64,000 nt of DNA from an uncultured Spirochaetota bacterium (GTDB lineage Bacteria > Spirochaetota > Spirochaetia > SZUA-6 > Fen-1364): contig CAWGAA010000001.1 in the NCBI GenBank assembly GCA_963820525.1, positions 1,088,001 to 1,152,000 of the forward strand. The letters are read 5' to 3'. Position 1 is the first letter of the stretch; each line of letters starts with the position of its first letter. The notes under the pieces were generated by a model, which saw nothing but the letters and a program-made list of their open reading frames with translations, ran no database searches and was not told the origin of the DNA. Of this stretch, positions 37,068 through 47,435 are shown piece by piece. The position numbers and the translations under genes are program-made.

Positions 37068-37769
37068 GTGACGATGAAGCAAAAGTCTACACCCCCCTAT
37101 ATCACCATGGTGGAAGAGCGCGGCGACTTCAAAATCTGGATGGTTGACGGCAGCTATATTCGCGGCCACATCGACGAAGAGTTCACCAACTTCGGCCAGC
37201 ATTTCCGGTTCCCCTATATTCCTGAAAACGAGCTGTGGCTGGATCAGGAAGCCGAGCACGATGAAAGGCAGTTTTTCATCGACCACCTGCTCGTCGAGCA
37301 CAGGCTGATGAAAGCGGGACGGCGCTACGCGGAGGCCATCGTCGAAGCAGACAAGCAGGAACGGAAGGAGAGGAGGCGGGCGGGGGATGTCCGGAAAGCC
37401 ACCGGGAGCGGGGCCACTCTCCCTATGGGGGAATCCATGCACGAGAAACTGTGGAAAAGGCTTGAGAACGCCGTCACTGTTTGGATCGTGAACGGCCGGC
37501 TGGTGCGGAGTACTTTCGACATCGACTTCACCGAGGGGGGGCACGACAAGGTGTACGAGTTCGTGCCAAGCGAAGAGGTCTGGATCGACGATGCGATCGT
37601 CGAACAGGAGCGGGGATACGTCCTCCTGCACGAGCTGCACGAGAGAAACCGGATGTCGACGGGATGGCCCTACAGCAGGGCGCATGCCGAGTCAAGCCGC
37701 ATCGAGTACCGGTGTCGACATCATCCGGATGAGCTGCACGACGCGCTGGCCGCGGAGGGCTGGGCATAA
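37068..37769 (+). CDS. Hypothetical protein with an internally duplicated metallopeptidase-like domain
   Basis: Two ~70-aa repeats (W.V[DN]G..[IV]R..D.[ED]FT..G....P..E.W[LI]D); HELHER in the second. Confidence 0.7.
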   Translation: MTMKQKSTPPYITMVEERGDFKIWMVDGSYIRGHIDEEFTNFGQHFRFPYIPENELWLDQEAEHDERQFFIDHLLVEHRLMKAGRRYAEAIVEADKQERKERRRAGDVRKATGSGATLPMGESMHEKLWKRLENAVTVWIVNGRLVRSTFDIDFTEGGHDKVYEFVPSEEVWIDDAIVEQERGYVLLHELHERNRMSTGWPYSRAHAESSRIEYRCRHHPDELHDALAAEGWA

Positions 37770-37805
37770 TGTTTTTGCAACCGTGCTATACTTTATTCCG
37801 CGGTA

Positions 37806-38366
37806 ATGAAAATCCGGCTATTCGTCATTCCATTCGCGCTCTTCTTGTCCATCCTGACAGGTTGTACCAGCCTCTCATGGCAGCGCCCGCCGCAATCGGA
37901 GTACGATAATAGGGAATCCGGGCCATACGTCGGGATTCAGAGACAGGAATCCCCGGAATCTATTGCCAAGCGGCATTCCAGAGACTCTACCCCAGGCGGT
38001 AGAGTCCTGAGAGCGGCAATCCAGATGATCGAGATGAAAATCGTTGTCGTCGGAGCCTGCTGGGATTTCGTGAATGCCGTGTTCAACAACGCGGGCTTTC
38101 CGGCCGCGAAACGGTTTACCATGTACAACTCCAAAGAGAGCGGTCCGTTCGTGGATTCGACACTCATCAAACCCGGAGACTGGATATATTTCGTGAACTA
38201 CACTTTCAACAACATCGGTCACAGCGCCATCTTTGTGGACTGGGTCGACTTCCGCAGCCGACGCGCCCTCACTATTGAGTACGTGGGACTGAACAGACGG
38301 GTGCCCGGCCGGTACGCGGAATACGACATCTCGGAATGTTATGGTGTATTCCGGGGCAAAGGATAG
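37806..38366 (+). CDS. Lipoprotein with an NlpC/P60-like (papain-fold) Cys-His domain
   Basis: LTGC lipobox; GACWDFVNAVF, KPGDWIYF, GHSAIFV. Confidence 0.6.
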   Translation: MKIRLFVIPFALFLSILTGCTSLSWQRPPQSEYDNRESGPYVGIQRQESPESIAKRHSRDSTPGGRVLRAAIQMIEMKIVVVGACWDFVNAVFNNAGFPAAKRFTMYNSKESGPFVDSTLIKPGDWIYFVNYTFNNIGHSAIFVDWVDFRSRRALTIEYVGLNRRVPGRYAEYDISECYGVFRGKG

Positions 38367-38627
38367 GCATCCGGCGCGTGCTAATGCGAGCTGAAACGGA
38401 GCAAATCGGACATGGATGCCAAAAAAACTACCTCGCCAAGCGGAAACCAAAGGAGTTATTCTCATCATATGGAGAGCGGTTGTACACAAGGCCCAATTGC
38501 TGGTTAGCCAAACTACTATTCCAGGCCCCGCCCCGCCTCACTCGGGAATTCACAGTATCCCAGTCAAAGCACCACTCATACACGTTACCGCTCATGTCGT
38601 AGACCAAGGGCGTTGGCTGTTTTGCTT

Positions 38628-38990
38628 TTAGCTATTGCGGTTGACACTCCTGAATTGTCGGTGCTCACCGCCACCTTCCCGGTCTCGACCGAGTCCAACT
38701 TCTCGATCGAGCGGCGATGGAAATCGCTGCTGGAACTTGTTCCCTCTGGCGCGGGCGCGTTCGGCTTCGACCTGGCGATCGCGCGGCTCAGCCCTGGTCA
38801 CAAGCGAGCCCAGCAGATTGCGTGCAGCCATAGCCACTTCCTCGATGGCGAGAGTGAACGCCTCCTCGTTGGCCTTTGATGGCTTGCTGAAGCCCGAGAT
38901 CTTTCTCACGAACTGGAGCGAGGCTCCCCGGATCTCGTCCTCCGTAGCGGGGGGATCGAAGTTATAAAGGGTCTTGATGTTCCGACACAT
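38628..38990 (-). CDS. DUF2277 family protein
   Basis: MCRNIKTLYNFDPPATEDEI.GASLQFVRKISGF.KPSKANE.AF. Confidence 0.8.
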   Translation of the reverse strand: MCRNIKTLYNFDPPATEDEIRGASLQFVRKISGFSKPSKANEEAFTLAIEEVAMAARNLLGSLVTRAEPRDRQVEAERARARGNKFQQRFPSPLDREVGLGRDREGGGEHRQFRSVNRNS

Positions 38991-39015
38991 GGCTTTCTCT
39001 CCCAGACCGGCGGTG

Positions 39016-39918
39016 TTATCGGGGTCCGCGTCCAAAGGAGCTCGAAGCGCTTTCGGCTGCCGCCCGTTCGGCGCGTTCGAGCAGCGCCTTGCCCCCGATT
39101 CGTGCCGCAAGCCGCCCCGCCTCCGGCTGCGGTCCTCTCCAGATAAGTTCATCGACGGAGCTGAAAAGAGGGGCCTCCGTTCGAAGGGTTGCCAGATCGC
39201 GGAATAGCAAGGCGAGATCCCAGTTCGACCGCAGGCTGAGCGCGAGCTTTGCGCCGTTGACTGTATTCGGGCGCCATTCAGACTCCATGACGGGGATATC
39301 CGCCAGGCACCCATAGCGAGAGAGCACGGTTGCGGCGGACTTCGCTCCCCAGCCAGGGATCCCCGGATACCCATCGGCGCTGTCGCCTACCAAAGCCAGA
39401 TAATCCTGAATCGAGCGCGGCGGCACGCCGAACTTGGCCTGTACCGCCGCCTCGTCTCGGATCTGCCCCGAACGCCGATCCACCTGCACTACCCGACCGC
39501 CCACTACGCATTGAGCCAGATCCTTGTCCGGGGTCCAAATGCAAACCTTCTGCACTTCCGGTACCGCCGCAGCGGCGGCTGCTCCCGACGCCAGCGCGTC
39601 ATCCGCTTCAAGCTCGACCATCGGCCACACGGCGAACCCGAATGCCGCAAGCGCATCCTCCATGGGGTGGAACTGCGCGAGCAACGCCGGCTCGATGCCG
39701 GCACCGGTCTTGTACCCTGGCCATAAGGCGTTGCGAAAAGATTCGATGACATGGTCGGTCGCCACGCCGAGGTGCGTCGCCCCCTCCTCCACCATCTGCA
39801 GCAGGGTGCGCAGAACCAGACGGACGGCGCCGTTGCCGTCGTCCTGTTGGGTCGAACGCTTCAGGCCGTAGAAGCAGCGGAAAAGCTCGTACGTGCCGTC
39901 GATAAGGTGAACGATCAC
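39016..39918 (-). CDS. 5'-3' exonuclease / flap endonuclease (PolI N-terminal-like)
   Basis: HLIDGTYELFR, SFRN.LWPGYK, EADDALAS, DKDL.Q, ALVGDSADGYPGIPGWG.KSA; start uncertain. Confidence 0.9.
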   Translation of the reverse strand: MIVHLIDGTYELFRCFYGLKRSTQQDDGNGAVRLVLRTLLQMVEEGATHLGVATDHVIESFRNALWPGYKTGAGIEPALLAQFHPMEDALAAFGFAVWPMVELEADDALASGAAAAAAVPEVQKVCIWTPDKDLAQCVVGGRVVQVDRRSGQIRDEAAVQAKFGVPPRSIQDYLALVGDSADGYPGIPGWGAKSAATVLSRYGCLADIPVMESEWRPNTVNGAKLALSLRSNWDLALLFRDLATLRTEAPLFSSVDELIWRGPQPEAGRLAARIGGKALLERAERAAAESASSSFGRGPR

Positions 39919-40291
39919 GTATGCCCGCCGTTGACCGGTGCCATCTATCATCCTCCTTAGAAGAATCAAAAAGCATTATTGCATGCTAAATATACTCAAA
40001 CGTTTCCAACACGAGTTGTCGCGCGGGCAGGTAGCCAATAACCGCCAGGCAATAAAAAAAGTTGCCGGGTGACTGAGAATCCATTTTCAAGAATTCAAAG
40101 ATCGGGCGCATGGCGCTAAACGGTTGTCCACAATTCACTTTCACCCCTGCTATATCGTTCTTCGTGAACTGCAAGACGCAGGCAGAGGTGGATTCATGGA
40201 GCCTCCTTCTGGAAGTTGCGCTCCAGCATAATATCCGCAATGCCGAACTGGAATAGGGCCGGCGTTTGCGCTCATTGAGTATATTGCTACC

Positions 40292-41119
40292 ATGCACTTG
40301 AGGAAGAGCGCGGTCCTTACTGAGATTTTCTTTGCTATCGCCGCGTGCCTTTTCGCGGCGGACGTCCCCACGCCCCGCTATGATCATGTCGTCATTGTGA
40401 TAGAGGAGAACCATTCCGCCGCCGATGTGGCGGGAAGCCCGTACCTATCCTCCCTCGCCGCTCGCGGGATGCTCTTCACGCGGTCCTTTGCCGTGGCGCA
40501 TCCCAGCCAGCCCAATTACATCGCACTCTTCAGCGGCTCGATCCAGGGCGTATCCGACGATGGGCACCACGACCTTACGGCGCCTAACCTCGCGCTCTCG
40601 CTGGCAGCGGCGAGGCTTTCGTTTGCAGGCTACAGCGAGGATCTCCCCGCCATGGGCTTTCGGGGCGACCGTTCCGGCGGCTATGTGCGCAAGCACAACC
40701 CCTGGGCGAGCTTCAGGAACGTGCCGGATGCCATGAACCGATCCTTCCATGACTTCCCGGCGGCCGACTTCAGCGCCCTGCCAACCGTCTCTTTCGTCGT
40801 GCCGAACCTCCGCAACGACATGCACGACGAATCCGTGGCCGAGGGGGATTCCTGGCTGCGCGCGAACATGGACGGATACGCGGCTTGGGCTGTCTCGCAC
40901 AACAGCCTTCTCATCGTCACCTTCGACGAGGGGCCCGGAAAGCAGCCAGTCGCCGAAACGCCGATCGCCACGATCCTCATGGGCGCGCACGTGCGGAGAG
41001 GGACCACGGATCAGAACATCACGCATTATTCGATCCTGCGCCTTATCGAGGACATCTACGGCCTGCCGTACCTCGCGGAGGATGCATCCGCCATGAAGAT
41101 CACGGGGATATTGAACTGA
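40292..41119 (+). CDS. Secreted phosphoesterase / acid phosphatase
   Basis: DHVVIVIEENHS, HPSQPNYIALFSG, YVRKHNPW, DMHD, IVTFDE, THYSILR.IED. Confidence 0.9.
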   Translation: MHLRKSAVLTEIFFAIAACLFAADVPTPRYDHVVIVIEENHSAADVAGSPYLSSLAARGMLFTRSFAVAHPSQPNYIALFSGSIQGVSDDGHHDLTAPNLALSLAAARLSFAGYSEDLPAMGFRGDRSGGYVRKHNPWASFRNVPDAMNRSFHDFPAADFSALPTVSFVVPNLRNDMHDESVAEGDSWLRANMDGYAAWAVSHNSLLIVTFDEGPGKQPVAETPIATILMGAHVRRGTTDQNITHYSILRLIEDIYGLPYLAEDASAMKITGILN

Positions 41120-41205
41120 AACAGCTTGATGATCGGTTGACGCTGGACGCTCTTGAGCGTTCTTCGTCCACCAGGCTAGATCGGACCGCACGGAGGGAAT
41201 AGGAG

Positions 41206-42417
41206 ATGAGCACAGGCGGGCTATCCAAAGCGCGGCTTGACCGCATGCATGACGTCATGTCGAGCTACGTGGAGCGTGGTGAAGTGCCTGGCATGGTCAC
41301 GCTGGTCAGCAGGCGGGGCGAGGTGCATGTCGATGCCATGGGCATGAAGGCGGTCGGCGGCAGGGACCCCATCCGGCGCGACATGATCTTCCGCATCTCC
41401 TCGATGACCAAGCCGATCACGGCCGCAGCCGCGATGATCCTGGTGGAGGAATGCAAGCTGAGGCTGGACGAGCCGGTGGATCGCCTGCTGCCGGAGCTGG
41501 CCGGCCGCAAGGTCCTGAAGCGGCTGGACGGGCCGCTGGAAGACACCGTGCCCGCCAACCGCCCCATAATCGTGCGAGACCTTCTTACCTTTCTTATGGG
41601 CTTCGGCATGGTCATGGCGCCACCGGGCACGTATCCCATCCAGAAGGCGATAGGCGAGCTGCTCCTCGGCCAGGGGCCCCCTACCCCATCAATACCGCCT
41701 GCGCCGGATGAGTGGATCCGCCGCTTGGGGACGCTGCCGCTCATGCACCAGCCCGGTGAGGAGTGGATGTACAATACGGGGGCCGACGTGCTGGGCGTCT
41801 TGATCTCGCGCGCCTCGGGCCAGCCGCTCGAGACGTTCTTGCGCGAACGCATCTTCGAGCCGCTCGGCATGAAGGACACCGGCTTCAGCGTGCACGCCGC
41901 CAAGATAGACCGGCTTGCCACCAGCTACTGGAGCAATCCCGAAACTGGGGCACTCGAGCTCTATGACGAGGCCAAGGGCGGCCAGTGGAGCCGCCCTCCT
42001 GCATTCCCGTCCGCCGCCGGCGGTCTGGTCTCAACAATAGACGACTACCTGGCCTTCGGTCAAATGATGCTGAACAAGGGCAGACACGGCACCACGCGCA
42101 TCCTGTCCAGGCCTTCGGTTGAGACCATGACGACAGATCAGCTGACCCCCGAGCAGAAGGCGGTGTCCGGTCTGGTCCCCGGCTACTTCGACAGCCACGG
42201 TTGGGGGTTCTGCATGTCCGTGATCACCAGGCGCGTCGACGTGGCAGGGACCATCGGAAGGTTCGGCTGGGACGGCGGCTTGGGAACTTCCTGGTGCTCG
42301 GACCCCAAGGAGGACATGGTCCTGATCCTGATGACCCAGCGATCCTGGGATTCGCCCAGCCCTCCAGGAGTCGGTCTGGATTTCTGGACTTCAGCCTACC
42401 AGGCCATCGACGACTGA
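41206..42417 (+). CDS. Serine hydrolase, beta-lactamase-related family
   Basis: FRISSMTK, HQPGEEWMYNT, GWDGGLGT. Confidence 0.9.
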   Translation: MSTGGLSKARLDRMHDVMSSYVERGEVPGMVTLVSRRGEVHVDAMGMKAVGGRDPIRRDMIFRISSMTKPITAAAAMILVEECKLRLDEPVDRLLPELAGRKVLKRLDGPLEDTVPANRPIIVRDLLTFLMGFGMVMAPPGTYPIQKAIGELLLGQGPPTPSIPPAPDEWIRRLGTLPLMHQPGEEWMYNTGADVLGVLISRASGQPLETFLRERIFEPLGMKDTGFSVHAAKIDRLATSYWSNPETGALELYDEAKGGQWSRPPAFPSAAGGLVSTIDDYLAFGQMMLNKGRHGTTRILSRPSVETMTTDQLTPEQKAVSGLVPGYFDSHGWGFCMSVITRRVDVAGTIGRFGWDGGLGTSWCSDPKEDMVLILMTQRSWDSPSPPGVGLDFWTSAYQAIDD

Positions 42418-42529
42418 AAGCCGCGAACTCACGTTCGCCGACATCTTCTGCTATAATCCTGCGTGGAATATCGGAAGTCTCAGTGATCCAATGTGATGAG
42501 CCTGCCCGCAACAGGCAGGAGGATGAAAA

Positions 42530-43189
42530 ATGACGCAGATTGAAGCACAGCCAAAGATGAGCGCGACAAGAGTGGGCGTCCTGATAGTCGGGATCATCGG
42601 CGGACTGGTAAGCATGGAGCATGGCTTCTTTGAAACACTCCAGGGCAATACTCCGACGAACGGTGTATTGATAGATGCCATTGGCCCAGCCGACCGGTTC
42701 TGGGAATCCGGGAGGGAGCTTGCCCTGACTATTATCCCGAATTTCCTTATCTCTGGAATCTGTGCAATAATCGTCGGCGTCTTCGTCATTGTCTGGTCGG
42801 TCGGGTTCGTTCACGGGCGCTATGGCGCCCTGGTCTATTCTCTGCTGCAAATCATACAACTCTTAGTTGGAGGAGGCGTCGCGTTCTTCGCCCTGGGACT
42901 GATGATGAGCATCGCCGCAACACGGATAGACAGGCCGCTTACATGGTGGCGCAAGCACGTTCCTGTCAAAGCACGGCGCATTCTTGGAAAGCTATGGCTG
43001 TGGTTGCTTCTCCCTGCCGTGACTCTGTTCAGCCTCCTGGTCCTCGCCGCAATCTTCGGAGTATGGTTCTTGGATGCGGACACCACCATCAGCTCAATGG
43101 GGGTATTTGGCTACATATCGCTTGGACTCATGATTGTCGCCATCATTGCCGGTATTGCGCGCGATAGCTGCGAACCGACTGATATCTAG
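42530..43189 (+). CDS. Hypothetical integral membrane protein
   Basis: HGFFETLQGN, ALTIIPNFLISGI; several hydrophobic helices; GGAGG RBS. Confidence 0.7.
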   Translation: MTQIEAQPKMSATRVGVLIVGIIGGLVSMEHGFFETLQGNTPTNGVLIDAIGPADRFWESGRELALTIIPNFLISGICAIIVGVFVIVWSVGFVHGRYGALVYSLLQIIQLLVGGGVAFFALGLMMSIAATRIDRPLTWWRKHVPVKARRILGKLWLWLLLPAVTLFSLLVLAAIFGVWFLDADTTISSMGVFGYISLGLMIVAIIAGIARDSCEPTDI

Positions 43190-43238
43190 GCCGGATTTCC
43201 CTCAAGCGGCTGGTGGAAAAGCCTGCCGTTCCCGAATA

Positions 43239-43643
43239 CTATCCCGCAAAGTGCTTTCGAACTTTCGCCGTAATCTGGCGATCCGTCATTTTGTCAATTG
43301 TTTCAACACCAACGATGCGTCCGCCAAGGTTGATTCTCTTGAGACGTTTTTTCAGCTCGCCCTTTGCCTCACCAGGACCGAATATCAGAATGGATTCCGC
43401 ATCACGAATGCTCGCAATTACCGCTTCGTAGTAAATGTTGAGATGTCCCGTAAAGGCTCTCTGTCGGCTGTCATCTGCCCGTACTTGCTGTGGTTCATAG
43501 GGGCCCGCATGGCGCGATTTCAGAGAACGACGGGCCTGTTTTTCAACCGCAGATATTATCAGACTTATCACTTGCCCTTTGTCAGTAACCGTCACAATAA
43601 GAGCCTTCCTATGGTCAATCCAAAGACCCACTTTGGTTCTCAT
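43239..43643 (-). CDS. Hypothetical protein, release-factor-like (baeRF/host-attachment) fold
   Basis: VGLWIDHRKA.IV, ILIFGPGEAKGEL, DKMTDRQI.AKVR. Confidence 0.65.
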   Translation of the reverse strand: MRTKVGLWIDHRKALIVTVTDKGQVISLIISAVEKQARRSLKSRHAGPYEPQQVRADDSRQRAFTGHLNIYYEAVIASIRDAESILIFGPGEAKGELKKRLKRINLGGRIVGVETIDKMTDRQITAKVRKHFAG

Positions 43644-43879
43644 CGAGCTCTCCTTTGCCTACGTGCTCCCCTAGAGACGCATGATGGCCCTGACCATTAT
43701 TCCCAAACGGAAGCCGTCCATAGAACAGTATAGCATACTGCTCGTCGGTTCAGATCAGCACAAAGAACCCATCGCCGTCTCGCTGATCAGTCGGCCCCGC
43801 GCGCCCGTGAATCGAAGTTCCTATCTTTTTACGCCCACCATGGTTATATTGTGTTTTAGAAATAAAAAGGAGTGCCAAG

Positions 43880-44221
43880 ATGCCAGAATATCGAATGAAG
43901 GTTGCGCCCGATACAGTGGCGTATGCTGACGCGGAGAACCGCAAGCTCGTAGTGGAGTTCGCCATCCCCGGAGCGGCAGCGGATACCGTCGATGTGAAGA
44001 TCCTGCAAGACAGCGTCCACCTGACAGCGCCGGCAAGGGACATCGAGTATGTTGCATCACTGGCTTTGGGTTGGCCGGTTAAACCTGACAAAGCCGAAGC
44101 TACCTACGAGAACGGCCTGCTTCGAATCGAGGTGCCATTCAAAGATCCGATGGAAGATGCTGTGAAGGTGGTCATTAAAGCAGGTGGCGCGGAAACCAAG
44201 ACGAAAAAAATCGCAGGCTGA
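43880..44221 (+). CDS. Hsp20/alpha-crystallin family protein
   Basis: PVKPDKAEATYENGLLRIEVP; AAGGAG RBS. Confidence 0.85.
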   Translation: MPEYRMKVAPDTVAYADAENRKLVVEFAIPGAAADTVDVKILQDSVHLTAPARDIEYVASLALGWPVKPDKAEATYENGLLRIEVPFKDPMEDAVKVVIKAGGAETKTKKIAG

Positions 44222-44284
44222 TGACCCGCTAAACTGTTGTTGAGCGAACCGCAATCCGGATTCACCGTTGGGCCATGAAACGCT

Positions 44285-45340
44285 TTAGCTTTGCACCGGA
44301 AATAATTCTTCGGGGGTATTATTATCCTTGCGGACGTTCGCGACGCACTTTTCAAGATACATCCTTTCAAAGGCAGCCAGGCGCTCCTCGGTCATGTACC
44401 GCCGTCCCAAGCCGAAGAACTCCTTGTACTCGGTGAACGAAGACCACGGGTAGGACCGATCCACGGGCTGAAACAGGACGTCGATGAGCTCCCTGTCGGC
44501 GGACTGCTTGCTCCTCGTGGACAGGTCGAGGAGCCTGAGGACGAGTTCCACGGTCGAAAGGTCATCCTCAGAAAGTTCGACTGGCGCGGATACGTCGAAC
44601 CCAACGAGGAACACCTCCTGTCCCTCAAGGAGTGTTCGGGCTTCCCGGGCCGGCAGGTTCGACATTATGTAACCGTCCGCGTGTGCGTGACCTCCGATCT
44701 CCACAGCCGGGAAAATGAGCGGGATGGCAGAGGAGGCCATGACCGCCTTCATGAGCCCGTCCGGCCCAGGGATGGTCCTGACAGCCCTGTCGCCCGTTTC
44801 TCGTCCGGCCGTAAAGATGACGGGTACTCCCTCGACCAAGTCGACTGCCACGGCCGCGAAGGGAACCTTCAGGGTCTGGAAGGTGATGCCTTCAAAAATT
44901 CTGCCGAAAATGGACGCAGCGTCCTTCTCCGCGACCATGACCGAGGTGACCATTGCCTTGCCCAGATGCATACCGTTCTTCAGTGTTCCGGCGAGACCAA
45001 AGAAGAAATGTTTCATCCCGGACTGCACATGACCGTCCGCGGGCTTTCTCTCCCCGAAATACTTTCTTTCGAACTCCTCGAACTCGTCGGAGGCGAGGAC
45101 GATCTCGACCTGCCTGAAAACATCCTCGATGTTCCCGAAATGGCAGTAGAGCGCCCCGAACAACGCACCCGCGGAGGTGCCTATGATGAAGTCGGGCCTG
45201 ATCCCCCTCTTCTCGAGCGCCTCGATCATCCCGAGATGGCAGAGCCCCGAGGCCGCTCCTCCGGAGAGGACGTAGACCATTTTCGGGGAGTACCGGTCGA
45301 GGCTGCGGTCCGAACGGATCCTTTCAATATAACCTGGCAT
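44285..45340 (-). CDS. Patatin-like phospholipase (3' end possibly truncated)
   Basis: VLSGGAASG..H.G, GTSAG, ASSAIP, DG motif. Confidence 0.85.
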   Translation of the reverse strand: MPGYIERIRSDRSLDRYSPKMVYVLSGGAASGLCHLGMIEALEKRGIRPDFIIGTSAGALFGALYCHFGNIEDVFRQVEIVLASDEFEEFERKYFGERKPADGHVQSGMKHFFFGLAGTLKNGMHLGKAMVTSVMVAEKDAASIFGRIFEGITFQTLKVPFAAVAVDLVEGVPVIFTAGRETGDRAVRTIPGPDGLMKAVMASSAIPLIFPAVEIGGHAHADGYIMSNLPAREARTLLEGQEVFLVGFDVSAPVELSEDDLSTVELVLRLLDLSTRSKQSADRELIDVLFQPVDRSYPWSSFTEYKEFFGLGRRYMTEERLAAFERMYLEKCVANVRKDNNTPEELFPVQS

Positions 45341-45423
45341 GATAAGGCCCCCTGGACGGATTGCAACTACACATAATACATCTTCATGGACCAGCCCGCC
45401 CAGATTAGTCGCCTAACAGGGCT

Positions 45424-46020
45424 TCAGTCGGTGGTGGAAGGGGTATCATCATCGTCAGTCTCCTCAGAACGGTTCAAAGCCATTGCAGGAGCTTGCACCC
45501 GACAGGCGCGCACCATGCCCACGACATTCTCTGCAGTGGAGACCCCCAACAAAGACACCGGGACAGCAATAGCGGCCCACTCCATGACCGCAGGGACCTG
45601 GATGGCGAATGCCGAAACCCATGGCGCCGAGCTTGCCATCACGATAAGGACGTAACATGCGGCTCCGTTGTATCTTCCCAGGCGGGTATACGCCAGGCGG
45701 CCGGCTATCGCGCTGTAAGCGCCCCAGGAAGCGAAGCACGCTATCATCAATCCCGCGAGACCTAGAAAACGCGCATCCTTCAAGCCCACTACAGCGGCCG
45801 CGACGATGAGGACGACCGCGTCGCACGCCGCGTCCAGCAGTTGTCCGCGGAGACCGGCTGTTGAAAACCTTCGGGCGATTGGACCGTCAATGAGGTCGGT
45901 CAGGACGATCGCGGCCATGATGAGCAAAGCCCAACGGCTTCCCGCGGCCTGGAGCCACACCCAGGGGGCGATCAGGACAAGCCGGGATAGGCTCACCGCG
46001 TCCGCCAGCCTGCGCCTCAT
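45424..46020 (-). CDS. CDP-alcohol phosphatidyltransferase family protein
   Basis: TDLIDGPIARR....G.RGQLLDAACD signature. Confidence 0.85.
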   Translation of the reverse strand: MRRRLADAVSLSRLVLIAPWVWLQAAGSRWALLIMAAIVLTDLIDGPIARRFSTAGLRGQLLDAACDAVVLIVAAAVVGLKDARFLGLAGLMIACFASWGAYSAIAGRLAYTRLGRYNGAACYVLIVMASSAPWVSAFAIQVPAVMEWAAIAVPVSLLGVSTAENVVGMVRACRVQAPAMALNRSEETDDDDTPSTTD

Positions 46021-46763
46021 TTCCTTGTTCCCTTCAGGAAGCTGTCTACGGCCTCGGCGAATGAGCCTATCCGTTCCTCGAATGCCTTCCCGGAACCTCC
46101 CCAGACAAGCTTGGTCGTTTCTTTGAGCTTCATGCCCTTTTGCGAGGCCAGCTCGGAAAGCCGCTGGAGATCCTCGTCCTTGAACGCCGCAAACCATCCC
46201 GCGAGGATCGCGAATACGGGAAGGGAGATCGGCGGGTGGGCGTTGACGAACTCCCGAAGTGGAGGCCGGATTTGTCCCCCATACACGGGAGAAGCGAGGA
46301 TCAGCGCCTTGTAGCTTTTCTGATCCAAGGCAAGCCCGGGATGGGCCGTCATTATCGAGACGGCGTACCCTCTGGCCGCAAGGTCCTCCCCCAGCCTCGT
46401 CACGATCTTTCGCGTGAAGCGCGACCCGCCGGGGTGGTAGACGATGGCGATCTGTCCGGAGGATGAGCCTTCTCCTATGACGACGGGGGCCTCGCTCCTG
46501 GGCTTATCGAAACGTTCGCTCAAGACAGTCCCGACGCTGACAAGAGAACCGATGACGGAGACGAGAACCAGAATCGAGAACACAATGAGAAGCGGCACCT
46601 TGAGCCCTGCGGGCATCTGCAGCCAAAGCGCGACAGCCCAGAGGATGCCGGCCGCGATAAGACCGACCACGGTAAAACCGTTCTTGCCGCTCCCCAAGAT
46701 CAACGGGGTAAAGACAAACAACGCCAGAACTGCGGTCAAGACATACGCAAGGGTTCGTGACAC
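46017..46763 (-). CDS. Membrane-anchored flavodoxin-like protein
   Basis: Three TM helices, then IVYHPGGS.FT..I, LILASPVYGG. Confidence 0.65.
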   Translation of the reverse strand: MSRTLAYVLTAVLALFVFTPLILGSGKNGFTVVGLIAAGILWAVALWLQMPAGLKVPLLIVFSILVLVSVIGSLVSVGTVLSERFDKPRSEAPVVIGEGSSSGQIAIVYHPGGSRFTRKIVTRLGEDLAARGYAVSIMTAHPGLALDQKSYKALILASPVYGGQIRPPLREFVNAHPPISLPVFAILAGWFAAFKDEDLQRLSELASQKGMKLKETTKLVWGGSGKAFEERIGSFAEAVDSFLKGTRK

Positions 46764-46772
46764 GAAATCCTC

Positions 46773-47423
46773 CTACACCGAAACGGCGTGCCGCGGTTCT
46801 ACGGCGCGGACAGAACGATGCCGATCCACCCAGAGACCGAAGGGCAGGAGCAGGAGTTGCGCCAAACAGGGCAACCCCTCCAGTCCCGATGGGAGAAAGA
46901 CCAACGCTGGAAAGGCGGCGATGAAGGCGATCATGAGCCAGAACGCCCATACTCCCACGCGGTCTTTTGCTTTCGTTCCGGTCATGTAGAGGACGATCCC
47001 GCCGGCGAGCAGCCCGAGATCCGTGACCAGGGCTGCGGCCACGGAGGTGTACAGCCCGAGCCCTACCTTCAGCGATCCGTCGAAGAGAAGCGGCAGGTCC
47101 GGAGGCAGGATTCGGCCCATCCCCATGGGATGCGAGATGAAGTCCAGAACCCAGTGACTGAAGACCAGGAGCCCGATCACGATTCCAGCTCTAAAATCGC
47201 GGGAGGCGAGGAAGACTATCGCAAAGACCGCGATCGACCAGACTGCGGACATGAGAAGCCCATGAGACCAGCCGATCGAACCGTTCACGCGCTCGATGCC
47301 CAGGGAGAAGAACACGCCAAAGAGGGTGTCGAGCGCCGTGGCCGCCGCCAACAGAAAGCCGAGAGAAACCTTGGGGGCCGCCCGCTTCGCCGCCAGCCCG
47401 ATTCCGATGTGCCCGAAAAGCAT
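46773..47423 (-). CDS. Membrane-bound metal-dependent hydrolase-like protein
   Basis: MLFGH, WSHGL, SHWVLDFISH, GLGLY. Confidence 0.7.
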   Translation of the reverse strand: MLFGHIGIGLAAKRAAPKVSLGFLLAAATALDTLFGVFFSLGIERVNGSIGWSHGLLMSAVWSIAVFAIVFLASRDFRAGIVIGLLVFSHWVLDFISHPMGMGRILPPDLPLLFDGSLKVGLGLYTSVAAALVTDLGLLAGGIVLYMTGTKAKDRVGVWAFWLMIAFIAAFPALVFLPSGLEGLPCLAQLLLLPFGLWVDRHRSVRAVEPRHAVSV

Positions 47424-47435
47424 TCGCGTCCTGCT

